Position numbers and translations under genes: made by a program. This document shows positions 12,101 through 24,573 of a stretch of 64,000 nucleotides of DNA, one piece after another (positions within the stretch are counted from its first letter, which is position 1; each line of letters begins with the position of its first letter). The notes beneath the pieces are model-generated. The model was not told where the DNA came from and ran no database searches. It saw nothing but the letters and a program-made list of their open reading frames with translations. The DNA comes from Eledone cirrhosa (Eukaryota): contig OZ024740.1 in NCBI GenBank assembly GCA_964016885.1, positions 186,001 through 250,000 of the forward strand. Reading direction: 5' to 3'.

Positions 12101-15100
12101 CAGTGTACCAACCAGAGTTGGTACCACTACTACATGTCTAACCTACTAACTACTCCCAGTGTACCAACCACAATCGGTACCACTATTACATGTCTAACCT
12201 ACTATCTACTCCCAGTACACCAACCACAGTCGGTACCACTACTTCATGTCTAACCTACTAACTACTCCCAGTGTACCAACCACAGTTGGTACCACTATTA
12301 CATGTCTAACCTACTAACTACTCCCAGTGTACCAACCACAGTCGGTACCACTATTACATGTCAAACCTACTAACTACTCCCAGTGTACCAACCAGAGTTG
12401 GTACCACTACTACATGTCTAACCTACTAACTACTCCCAGTACACCAACCACAGTCGGTACTACTACATGTCTAACTTACTAACTACTCCCAGTACACCAA
12501 CCACAGTCGGTACCACTTCTACGTGACTAACCTACTAACTATTCCCAGTACACCAACCACAGTCGGTACTACTACATGTCTAACTTACTAACTACTCCCA
12601 GTGTACCAACCACAGTCGGTACCTCTACTACATGTCTAACCTACTAACTATTCCCAGTACACCAACCACAGTCGGTACCACTTCTACATGTCTAACCTAC
12701 TAACTACACCCAGTGTACCAACCACAGTTGGTACCACTTCTACATGTCCAACCTACTAACTACTCCCAGTGTACCAACCACAGTCGGTACCACTTCTACA
12801 TGTCTAACCTACTAACTACACCCAGTGTACCAACCACAGTCGGTACCACTACTACATGTCTAACCTACTAACTACACCCAGTGTACCAACCACAGTTGGT
12901 ACCACTTCTACATGTCCAACCTACTAACTACTCCCAGTGTACCAACCACAGTCGGTACCACTTCTACATGTCCAACCTACTAACTACTCCCAGTACACCA
13001 ACCACAGTCGGTACCACTTCTACATGTCGAAACTACTAACTATTCCCAGTACACCAACCACAGTCGGTAATACTACATGTCTAACCGACTAACTACTCCC
13101 AGTGTACCAACCACAGTCGGTACCACTTCTACATGTGTAACCTACTAACTACTCCCAGTACACCAACCACAGTCGGTACCACTACTACATGTCTAACCTA
13201 CTAACTACTCCCAGTGTACCAACCAGAGTTGGTAGCACTACTACATGCCTAACCTACTAACTACTCCCAGTGTACCAACCACAGTCGGTACCACTTCTAC
13301 ATGTCGAAACTACTAACTATTCCCAGTACACCAACCACAGTCGGTACCACTTCTACATGTCTAACCTACTAACTACTCCCAGTGTACCAACCACAGTCGG
13401 TACCACTACTACATGTCTAACCTACTAACTACTCCCAGTGTACCAACCACAGTTGGTACCACTTCTACATGTCTAACCTACTAACTACTCCCAGTACACC
13501 AACCACAGTCGGTACCACTACTACATGTCTAACCTACTAACTACTCCCAGTACACCAACCACAGTCGGTACCACTTCTACATGTCTAACCTACTAACTAC
13601 TCCCAGTACACCAACCACAGTCGGTACCACTACTACATGCCTAACCTACTAACTACTCCCAGTGTACCAACCACAGTCGGTACCACTACTACATGTCTAA
13701 CCTACTAACATCTCCCAGTGTACCAACCACAGTCGGTACCACTTCTACATGTCTAACCTACTAACTACTCCCAGTGTACCAACCACAGTTGGTACCACTA
13801 CTACATGTCTAACCTACTAACTACTCCCAGTGTACCAACCACAATCGGTACCACTATTACATGTCTAACCTACTAACTACTCCCAGTACACCAACCACAG
13901 TCGGTACCACTTCTACATGTCTAACCTACTAACTACTCCCAGTACACCAACCACAGTTGGTACCACTTCTACATGTCTAACCTACTAACTACTCCCAGTG
14001 TACCAACCACAGTCGGTACCACTACTACATGCCTAACATACTAACTACTCCCAGTGTACCAACCACAGTCGGTACCACTTCTACATGTCTAACCTACTAA
14101 CTACTCCCAGTACACCAACCACAGTCGGTACCACTACTACATGTCTGACCTACTAACTACTCCCAGTGTACCAACCACAGTCGGTACCACTACGACAGGT
14201 CTAACCTACTAACTACTCCCAGTGTACCAACCACAGTCGGTACCACTACTACATGTCTAACCTACTAACTACTGCTAGTGTACTAACCACAGTCGGTACC
14301 ACTTCTACATGTCTAACCTACTAACATCTCCCAGTGTACCAACCAGAGTTGGTACCACTACTACATGTCTAACCTACTAACTACACCCAGTGTACCAACC
14401 ACAGTCGGTACCACTACTACATGTCTAACCTACTAACTATTCCTAGTGTACTAACCACAGTCGGTACCACTACTACATGTCTAACGTACTAACTACTCCC
14501 AGTACACCAACCACAGTCGGTACCACTACTACATGTCTAACCTACTAACTACTCCCAGTACACCAACCACAGTCGGTACCACTACTACATGTCTAACCTA
14601 CTAACTACTCCCAGTGTACCAACCACATTCGGTACCACTACTACATATCTAACCTACTAACTACTCCCAGTGTACCAACCACATTCGGTACCACTCCTAC
14701 ATGTCTAACCTACTAACTACTCCCAGTGTACCAACCACATTCGGTACCACTACTACATGTCTAACCTACGAACTACTCCCAGTACACCAACCACAGTCGG
14801 TACCTCTACTACATGTCTAACCTACTAACTACACCCAGTACACCAACCACAGTCGGTACCACTACTACATGTCTAACCTACTAACTACACCCAGTACACC
14901 AACCATAGTCGGTACCACTACTACATGTCTAACCTACTAACTACTCCCAGTGTACCAACCACATCCGGTACCACTACTACATGTCTAACCTACTAACTAC
15001 TCCCACTGTACCAACCACAGTCGGTACCTCTACTACATGTCTAACCTACTAACTACTCCCAGTGTACCAACCACAGTCGGTACCACTTCTACATGTCTAA

Positions 15101-17351
15101 CCTACTAACTACACCCAGTGTACCAACCACAGTCGGTACCACTACTACATGTCTAACCTACTAACTACTCCCAGTACACCAACCACAGTCGGTACCACTA
15201 CTACATGTCTAACCTACTAACTACTCCCAGTACACCAACCAGTCGGTACCACTACTACATGTCTAACCTACTAACTACTCCCAGTACACCAACCAGTCGG
15301 TACCACTACTACATGTCTAACCTACTAACTACTCCCACTGTACCAACCACAGTCGGTACCTCTACTACATGTCTAACCTACTAACTACTCCCAGTGTACC
15401 AACCACAGTCGGTACCACTTCTACATGTCTAACCTACTAACTACACCCAGTGTACCAACCACAGTCGGTACCACTACTACATGTCTAACCTACTAACTAC
15501 TCCCAGTACACCAACCAGTCGGTACCACTACTACATGTCTAACCTACTAACTACTCCCAGTACACCAACCAGTCGGTACCACTACTACATGTCTAACCTA
15601 CTAACTACTCCCACTGTACCAACCACAGTCGGTACCTCTACTACATGTCTAACCTACTAACTACTCCCAGTGTACCAACCACAGTCGGTACCACTTCTAC
15701 ATGTCTAACCTACTAACTACTCCCAGTGTACCAACCACAGTCGGTACCACTACTACATGCCTAACCTACTAACTACTCCCAGTACACCAACCACAGTCGG
15801 TACCACTACTACATGCCTAACCTACTAACTACTCCCAGTACACCAACCAGTCGGTACCACTACTACATGCCTAACCTACTAACTACTCCCAGTACACCAA
15901 CCACAGTCGGTACCACTACTACATGTCTAACCTACTAACTACTCCCAGTGTACCAACCACAGTCGGTACCACTTCTACATGTCTAACCTACTAACTACTC
16001 CCAGTGTACCAACCACAGTCGGTACCACTACTACATGCCTAACCTACTAACTACTCCCAGTACACCAACCACAGTCGGTACCACTACTACATGCCTAACC
16101 TACTAACTACTCCCAGTACACCAACCAGTCGGTACCACTACTACATGCCTAACCTACTAACTACTCCCAGTACACCAACCACAGTCGGTACCACTACTAC
16201 ATGTCTAACCTACTAACTACTCCCACTGTACCAACCACAGTCGGTACCTCTACTACATGTCTAACCTACTAACTACTCCCAGTGTACCAACCACAGTCGG
16301 TACCACTACTACATGCCTAACCTACTAACTACTCCCAGTGTACCAACCAGTCGGTACTACTACATGCCTAACCTACTAACTACTCCCAGTACACCAACCA
16401 GTCGGTACCACTACTACATGTCTAACCTACTAACTACTCCCAGTACACCAACCACAGTCGGTACCACTACTACATGTCTAACCTACTAACTACTCCCAGT
16501 GTACCAACCACAGTCGGTACCACTTCTACATGTCTAACCTACTAACTACTCCCAGTACACCAACCACAATCGGTACCACTTCTACATGTCTAACCTACTA
16601 ACTACTCCCAGTACACCAACCAGAGTTGGTACCACTACTACATGTCTAACCTACTAACTACTCCCAGTACACCAACCACAATCGGTACCACTTCTACATG
16701 TCTAACCTACTAACTACTCCCAGTACACCAACCAGAGTTGGTACCACTTCTACATGTCTAACCTACTAACATCTCCCAGTACACCAACCACAGTCGGTAC
16801 CACTTCTACATGTCTAACCTACTAACTACTCCCAGTGTACCAACCACAGTCGGTACCACTACTACATGTCTAACCTACTAACTACTCCCAGTACACCAAC
16901 CACAGTCCGTACCACTTCTACATGTCTAACCTACTAACTACTCCCAGTGTACCAACCACAATCGGTACCACTTCTACATGTCTAACCTACTAACTACTCC
17001 CAGTACACCAACCACAGTCGGTACCACTACTACATGTCTAACCTACTAAGTACTCCCAGTGTACCAACCACAGTCGGTACAAATTCTACATGTTTAACCT
17101 ACTAACTACTCCCAGTACACCAACCACAGTCGGTACTACTACATGTCTAACCTACTAACTACTCCCAGTACACCAACCACATTCGGTACCACTTCTACAT
17201 GTCTAACCTACTAACTACTCCCAGTACACCAACCACAGTCGGTACCACTTCTACATGTCTAACCTACTAACTACTCCCAGTACACCAACCACAGTCGGTA
17301 CCACTTCTACATGTCTAACCTACTAACTACTCCCAGTGTACCAACCACAGT
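9149..17351. repeat. 56-bp satellite, ~146 units
   Basis: Unit agtgtaccaaccacagtcggtaccactactacatgtctaacctactaactactccc; starts at 9149 and 9205; 53/54-bp deletion variants. Confidence 0.98.
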
Positions 17352-17479
17352 TTTAAAAGTGAGGACTTGTAAGGACTGGGTTGTGATAGAAATACTAACT
17401 TTGAACAACACTTCTCTACTTTCAATTAGACCACTGACAACATTTGAAAATCATTGACGTGGCTGGTTAGAAGGCCGAC

Positions 17480-17668
17480 AACAACCATTGCATCAGCAGC
17501 CACACCACCACCACCACCACCACCACCACCAACAACACAAACAACAACAACAACACCACCACCATAAACAACACCACAAAGAACAGCAACCACCACCACC
17601 ACCACCACCACCACCACCACAACAACCACCACCACCACCACCACAACCACCACCACAACAACAACCAT
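17480..17668. repeat. (CCA)n/(CAA)n low-complexity tract
   Basis: Direct reading. Confidence 0.9.
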
Positions 17669-17683
17669 AACAATAATATCTAC

Positions 17684-17764
17684 CAGAGGTGTCCAGCCAG
17701 CATGGTCTTTACTATTTACATCTGCTCCTTCAGATATCAGTCTACAGACATTGCCCAGATTATT
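17684..17764 (-). CDS. Internal 81-bp host exon encoding most of an ankyrin repeat (NNLGNVCRLISEGADVNSKDHAGWTPL), BARD1-like
   Basis: Strong acceptor ttcttgtatctttatttcAG, donor GTagat, phase 0-0, no stops, GADVN-x-KD-x-x-G-W-TPL ankyrin consensus; too short for the ORF track. Confidence 0.8.
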
Positions 17765-17869
17765 CTGAAATAAAGATACAAGAATACTTTAAAGGAAAAA
17801 TAAATAAATATTTAAAAACAAAAGAAAAACAAAGCTTATATAATAATTGTTTCTACATTTGGGACAAGG

Positions 17870-18035
17870 CCAGCAATTACCCAATACATTACTGGTACTT
17901 TATTTTATCGACCCCGTAAGGATCAAAGGCAAACTAACCTAAGCAGGATTTGAACTGAGAACATAAAGGGCCGTAACTCTAGGTTGTGAAGCATGTTGTC
18001 TGATGCTTTACTGCTACAGCCAATCCACCGCCAAA
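17870..18035 (-). mobile_element. Meta-domain tRNA SINE
   Basis: ctggtactttattttatcgaccccg...aaaggcaaa...ggatttgaact is the reverse complement of the 30470-30695 type. Confidence 0.7.
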
Positions 18036-18044
18036 AGCTTATGT

Positions 18045-20605
18045 AATAATAATAATAATAATGAAATAGTGTGTACAGTGCTCAGGTGCACTACAACTCA
18101 TCAAAAAGTGTATGTATAGTACATAGGGTAATGTACAAACGTCAGGAAAATGAACAGTGCATGAGTCATGATATACACATGTGTGCATGTGTATGGAAGG
18201 GATACATCAGGTGTAGTTTTGGCGTATTTCGGGAAGCATGAGGGTTTTAAAGGATGCAGTGTCTCGGCAGCTAACAACTGACGCAGGCAGTTTGTTCCAT
18301 GCTTCAGCAACTGTGAGTGTGAAAAAATGTTTCCGAAAGTCATGGGAACTGTGCTGTTTTCTGATTTTGTAGGCATGTCCACGTGTGTTTACCAAGTCCA
18401 TTGCCAGACGTCGGAGCTTCAATGAATCCATGTTCAGGGAAGCAAGGCGTTCAGAGTTTAGCAGTATTGGTTATTAAGTAGTCGTTGTCGCCACTTTAAC
18501 AGGGTAGATGATTGAAGGGTCGTTAGCTGCCAGTGTGGTAAGTGATGGTATCCTCGTTGGATTATCTTGTCGACATAGACGTGAGGGAAGGTCCCTCGAT
18601 CTATTTTCCATCTTTGTATTTACAATATTCCTTTCGTCAGGTCGCCAATTCCAGCAGCATGGATTATAGATGTTATTGAGACACGAGTAACATAATAATG
18701 ATTTCAACAGCAGAAATTAGAGATGAAATGTATGTTTATTTTTGATGTAGTACAAACAATGTTTGTTAACTTATATGGTTGAAGTTACAGATAAAAAAGA
18801 GGTTACAAAAGGGAATGTGCCATTGCGCCGTTAAGCCGGCGAGGCTAGGGTACAATATCTCACCGTTACATTATGCGTGTTGCTGGCTTGAAGTTTCCGG
18901 TACAAGAGAGAGATTCTTCAAATCTTCGCGGGGAATTTCTTCCTCAGGGCGCGTAGGGATACATCCTCTTCTACTGGCGCTGATTGGCTGAACTGAGCCA
19001 AATCACGCATAGAGAATGTATATGAGCCCGCGGAATGTAGGTCACTACAAGAGTATGGTAGGTGTCTGATGGAGGGTATGCGCTTGGTTGCACGTGTCTG
19101 AACAGTTTCCAGGAGGTCAATGTTCTGAGCAAGATAGGGGTCCCAGACTGATGATGCGAATTCCAAATGTGGTCGTACCATAGCTGTATACAGCTTTAAA
19201 TAGATGGCTGGAGAGCGGCTAACAAAGACACCCTCGGCCTTCTTGACAATCTTAGAGACATGCTTTGTCCAACGCAAATCGCTGCTGACAGTAATGCCCA
19301 GGTCACGTTCACAAGAGGACTTCTTGATATCAGTGTTGTGGAGGGAGTATGTGGACGCTGGATTTTTCCTCCCAAAATGCATGGTGGTACACTTGTCCAC
19401 AGCCAGCTTCAGTTGCCAGTCTGTGATCCATTGCTGCATTGTGTCCAAGTTTGATTGTAGGAAAGAGTTGTCGATTTCAGGATCAGTCCTTTTGATTTCA
19501 TCTGCATACTTTAGTACTGTGGCATTCTTTAAGTTGGCATCTATGTCATTAATATATGCCACAAACAAAAGGGGACTAAGAACAGATCCCTGTGGTACAC
19601 CAGATGACATCTCATATGGTGAAGAATGCTGTCCTAGAATCCTGACTACCTCTTTTCGGCTGAGAATGAAGGATTTCAACCAGTTAAAAAGATCATCCTT
19701 CATACCCATTGCAGAGAGTTTCGCCATAAGTCTTTTGTGTGGCACAGAATTAAAAGCCTTAGCGAAGTCAAGGTAAACAACATCCACCCATGAGCCGCTG
19801 TCAGTGATCCGGGTAATATCTTCAAGGAAGTCAATAAGCTGATCACAGCAGCTGGAGTTAGGGATAAATCCAAATTGCGAGGGCCGGATGAGGCTGTGAG
19901 AGCTCCAGAAGTTCCAAAATGTTTCTCTGACATAGGATTCCATCAGTTTCCATCAGTTTGGCAATACAGCTAGTAAGACTGACTGGACGATAGTTGACAG
20001 GTGACGTGTGGTCACCCTTTTTGAACAGGAGAATGACACTGGCAGTTTTCCACTGCTCCGGAGTAGCACCATTGTTGAGACAGTATTGAAAGAAGAAAGA
20101 AAGCTGGTGCAAAAGGAAATACCCACCACATTTGAGAAGCAGGTATGTAACACCATCAAGACCAGGGAGGCATAGTTGCGCTTATTCTAAGGTGACGTCG
20201 CAACATTGCAGGTGTAAATTCCATAGTTGTTATGGAATTTGATGATAGAGATGGTGGAGATGGTACATTCTGGTTTTCAACAGTAAAAATGCTTGCATAG
20301 CACTCAGCAATGAGTTCTGCGCATTCTTTGGGATCGTCAGTGATCTCGCTTGTGTGGGGATTGCGAAGAGGACCAGCTGGAGAGTGAGCTCTCTGCTTTG
20401 AATGAACATATTTCCAGAACATCTTACTGTCAGGATTGGTTGCTATGCACTGTTCAAATTCAAACACTGCCTTTTTTGTCACTTGCTTGAGATGGTTGGA
20501 AGATTTATTCCGCTTTTTTCTGTTGTCATCTGATTTATGCAGTTTATATTCCCGTTCAGCGTTTCAACGTTCTTTCCTGGCAAGTCGGACCGCTGAAGTT
20601 TCCCA
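18045..20605 (-). mobile_element. CR1-type LINE, 5'-truncated, degenerate
   Basis: ORFs 20156..20482, 19858..20112 (NYRPVSLTS), 18918..19943 (YLDFAKAF, GVPQGSVL, VRPHLEF), 18207..18431 (TRGH..FF..V..WNKLP); (ATT)n tail at ~18045-18062. Confidence 0.92.
18458..19049 (-). mobile_element. Solo LTR (~592 bp) inserted in the CR1 ORF
   Basis: 5-bp TSD agagt (18453-18457, 19050-19054); minus strand starts TGTAG and ends ctgctaa (degenerate CTACA); removing it restores CR1 RHLPYS-ERLASL. Confidence 0.75.
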
Positions 20606-20624
20606 GTAATAATTATCATTAGAG

Positions 20625-20935
20625 AGTGAGGTTAGCTTTTCCTTTCATCCTCACGGGGTCAATACAATAAAATACCAGTAATGAACTGGGGTCGATCTAA
20701 TTGACTTTCCCTTCCCACCCCCCAAATTGTTATCCTTCTGCCTAAATCAGAAACCATTATAAGAGATTGGGAAGACAAGCAAGATGAAGTTGTCAGAGAT
20801 CAGCTTTTCACTAACTACTGATTTGGTTATGACAATCCTTGCTAGCACATTCTGAGTTCAAATCCTGTTGAGGTTAGCTTTGCCTTTCATCTTCATGGGG
20901 TCAATAAAATAAAGTACCAGTAATGCACTGGAGTT
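20625..20935 (+). mobile_element. Two Meta-domain SINE fragments
   Basis: gaggttagcttt(t/g)cctttcatc...ggggtcaata..ataaa..taccag occurs twice. Confidence 0.65.
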
Positions 20936-21031
20936 ACATAACATTATGATGGAAGGTTTTATAAATAACTTTCTTATTGTTCAGCTGGTGTTTGGAACAT
21001 AACTTAACAAATATTCTTACATAACATTATA

Positions 21032-21063
<32 letters not shown>

Positions 21064-21068
21064 TAATG

Positions 21069-22622
21069 CTTTCTTCATTAACCACAAGGGTTTACATAAA
21101 GTAGACATTAAGGACAGTACAGGACAATACAGGACGGTACAAATGGGCATTTCTGCGTGTAAAAAAACAGAGGATGTAATAAAAAAAATAACAATGAAAA
21201 ATTCCCCAATAGGGGGAGACTTCCGAGGGACATTTGTGGAGAAAGCCCATTAAAAGGCCAGTGACGCTGACCACCAGGGCAAGTGCCCTCTCCCAGTTTT
21301 CCACCTTTAATTTACAGACAGATACTCAGAGTAGGCCCATTCACTCGGGCCATACTTGCTTCTCTCACCCATCTTTCAACAAAATGCTGGGAAGAGAGCA
21401 CTTCCCTCTCTACCCTGATTTTCCTTTTCAAATGAAATTTGAAAAAGTTAATCAGTGCATCACCGAAGAGGTAAGCGCTCGTCTTCAGCCCTTTCAAACG
21501 TGTCCACCATACTATCTCTTTCGCCATGGCCACCAGACAGATAAAAACTGCCTGCCCTTCCCGGCTAAAGGAAGAGGGCGGGGCAATCCTCACGATGGAC
21601 TCAGCTGATAGCCGGATCCATCCTACACGTGACAGCAGGTGTTCGACATAAACCCACAAGTCAGCAATGCTCGGACACTGGACGAGTGCGTGCAGGACGG
21701 TTTCGTCGCCCTGCGTGCATATCGGACATGCCTGGCTGACGGCACCTCCATGCCTGTAGAGTTTATCCCGAACTGGCAAAGCTCCCCGGTAGCACTTCCA
21801 GGCCATGGATTTCTGGAAGTTGTCCATAGGCCCCGGTCCGAAAGTCCTTCCGAAGAGATTGGCTAGTTGAGTTTCTCCAAGTACGTCGTCGCTCTTCCCC
21901 TCCACTAACCCTCTATAGAACGCCAAGATGGAGTTTCCACCGATCACATTGCCCGATTGGTCGAGGGCTGTGAACGCCTGAAGACATTCCAGTCTCCAAG
22001 CACTCCTTCTCGGTCTTCGCTTGACCCAGGACTGCAGCTCCATCAAGGAGACGAGCTGGGGAAAGATGTGTCTAGCAAACGGCGACCACACCTGATCACC
22101 GTCGAGGAAGAGGTGGAGATGTCGTAGCCTGAGCGCATGTCTGCGCATCATCAGCCACGGCATGCCCAGCCCTCCACGTAGCGGGTGTTGACAGCAGATG
22201 GACCGCCTGACCATCGGAGCGCGTCCCTTCCACAAAAAGCGAAAGAGCAAACGCTCCAGCGCAGTCAGGCGGGGCTTAGGACAAGGCACGACGGTCAGGC
22301 GGTAGTAGATGACGGACGCGATGTACGCGTCAGCCACCTCCGCTCGACCTTTAAGGGATAGCTTCCTCTCGGCCCATTTCTGGGTGAGAGAAGCCACCCT
22401 GCTCGTCACCTCGTCCCAGTTTTTGTCCGTCTGGAGATCCGGACCGAACCAGACACCTAGCAATTTAACCGGTCCGTCCGTCCAGCGCCCGACGACGCTA
22501 TTGGACGGCATGGACCTGCCTCTCCAGGTGCCGAGCTGCAGGCCCACTGACTTTTCCTGGTTGATCATTGCTCCTGTCACCGCTTCGTATTCTCTTAGTG
22601 TAGTGCCGATCGCCTCAATGTG
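21069..22622 (-). mobile_element. Tx1/L1-clade LINE, 5'-truncated (RT thumb + CCHC zinc knuckle)
   Basis: ORF 21312..22580: KLLGVWF, LSLKGR, FRFLWKG, GGLGMP, CPIC...ETVLHALVQC; 14-bp TSD ataataatataatg at 21055-21068 and 22623-22636. Confidence 0.9.
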
Positions 22623-22989
22623 ATAATAATATAATGAAAATTATTGTGTACAAGGCTGAGGTTTTTTTTTTAGATAAATATCAACACTTAAAAATAAACA
22701 GCTTTGATTAGTATAACTAACGATGGTTTCAGACAGTTATCAAATGGTTGAAGGTATTTCAACCATGACCATCTCATCCTTTTTGCACATTGGGACTACA
22801 TTGGCCAATGTGTCCTTTACAATGGTAGGGTGTGGTTTGAAGGAATTGGCTGCTATTTCTAGCCAGTTAAACAACTGCATATAAGATCAATCATAAAATA
22901 TCTTTCCTTTCTTAAATCAATAGTGTGTGATGGAAAGAGATATTTGGCTGTTATTTTTAGCAAGTAAAGCAACCATAGAAAGAGACTTT

Positions 22990-24445
22990 CTTGGTGGTGG
23001 TGGTGGTGATGGCAAGATTACTATTGTCAGTTGTGGAGGTGCTGCTGTTTTTGGTGGTTGTTACTGATGCTGTTAGTATTGTTGCTAGTCATGTTATTAC
23101 TGCTGACAGTGTTGTTACTGTTAGTTGTGCTGGTGCTGCTAATACTGTTACAGTTGGTGATGTTATTGTTGCTGTTAGTGGTGGTGTCCTTGGTGTTATT
23201 ACTGTTGTTGTTGTTGTTACTGCTGGTAGTGGTAATAATGGTGGTGTTGTTTGATGTTATTGCTGCTGGTGATATTGGTGTTGTTATTGTTGCTGTTAGT
23301 GGTGGTGTCCTTGGTGTTATTACTGTTGTTGTTGTTACTGCTGGTGGTGGTGTTGAGAAATGGTATGCTTAGTGCAAAGTGACAGGAAATATTTTTAAAG
23401 TTATGAATGGTAGATGAGAGAGGAGGGGGGAGGAGGAGGAATTAGTGCAGCAGCTAGAGACTGCTCCAAGACAGGATGGAAGCCAACAAACAGCAATGAT
23501 TGCACTGGCATCAGACTAACAACAGTTACAGCAGCAACAGTAACAACAACAGCAGTAACATCACCACCACCAGCAGCAGTAACAGCAGTAGCACCAACAA
23601 CAGCAGTAGCTATATACAACAGTAGTACCGGTACCATAGTCGCCGCCGCCAACACCACCACCACCAACAATACCACCATCAACACCACCACCAACACTAC
23701 CTACACCACCACCACCAACAATACCACCACCATCAACACCACCACCACCACCACCACCACCACCACCACCAACACCAACAACACCACCACCACCACCACC
23801 AACAGTAATTTCTCTATACTACAGCAGTCTACAGCTATTTTAGATGGGAGGTATAACAATATCTTTAAGACACCCAGCACCTAGTAGAGGGTGGGGTAGT
23901 GGTATAGGGGTGGGAGAGGTGGTTGGTAGAGGTAGGTGGGTGGTAGTGGGAGGTATGTGGTAGTGTTGGGTGGGTGTAGTGGAAAGTGGGGGGAGAGGGG
24001 GTGGGTAGGGATGTGGATTGTAGTGGTAGGTGGGGTGGGAGAGACACCCACCTAGTTGTGTGTGGGGGCATAGTGATAGGGGATGGGAGAGGTGGGTGGT
24101 AGGTGGGGTGGCAGAAGTGGGTGGTAGTGGCAGGTGGGGTGGGAGAGGTAGTGGTAGGTAGGGTGGGAATAATTAGTGACCACTACCATTACTACAGTTA
24201 CTACTACCACCATCACTGCTACTACCATTACTACAGTTACTACTACCACCATCACTGCTACTACCACTTCTGTTACTATTACTACTACAACTACTACCAC
24301 TACTGTGACTACTATTACTACTACTAACATTTCAGTTACTACTACCTCTTTTACTAACTCTACAACTATTACCAATACTGTTACTACTACCACTACTACC
24401 ATCACCACCACTACTACTACTACTACTACCACCACTACTACTATT
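22990..24445. repeat. Trinucleotide-rich low-complexity block ((GTT/GGT)n, (CAC/AAC)n, G-rich, (ACT)n)
   Basis: Direct reading; gives spurious poly-V/poly-T ORFs. Confidence 0.85.
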
Positions 24446-24573
24446 GCTGTCAAGGAAGGAAGCTAAAACTTAACATCTGGTTAGAGTTAGTAAGGTAATA
24501 TACAGCTTTCTCTTTAAATATCCTCCTCTTTGGAGACATTGTAATGTCATTGTTAGCAACGGCCATTGTCCAC

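Noticed and set aside
9149-17351. CRISPR-like regular repeat
   Set aside because: No unique spacers, no cas genes, eukaryotic context; the same applies to the 83-bp and 39-bp arrays
22991-24466. Poly-Thr/poly-Val mucin-like ORFs
   Set aside because: Simple trinucleotide repeats with no convincing splice or start context
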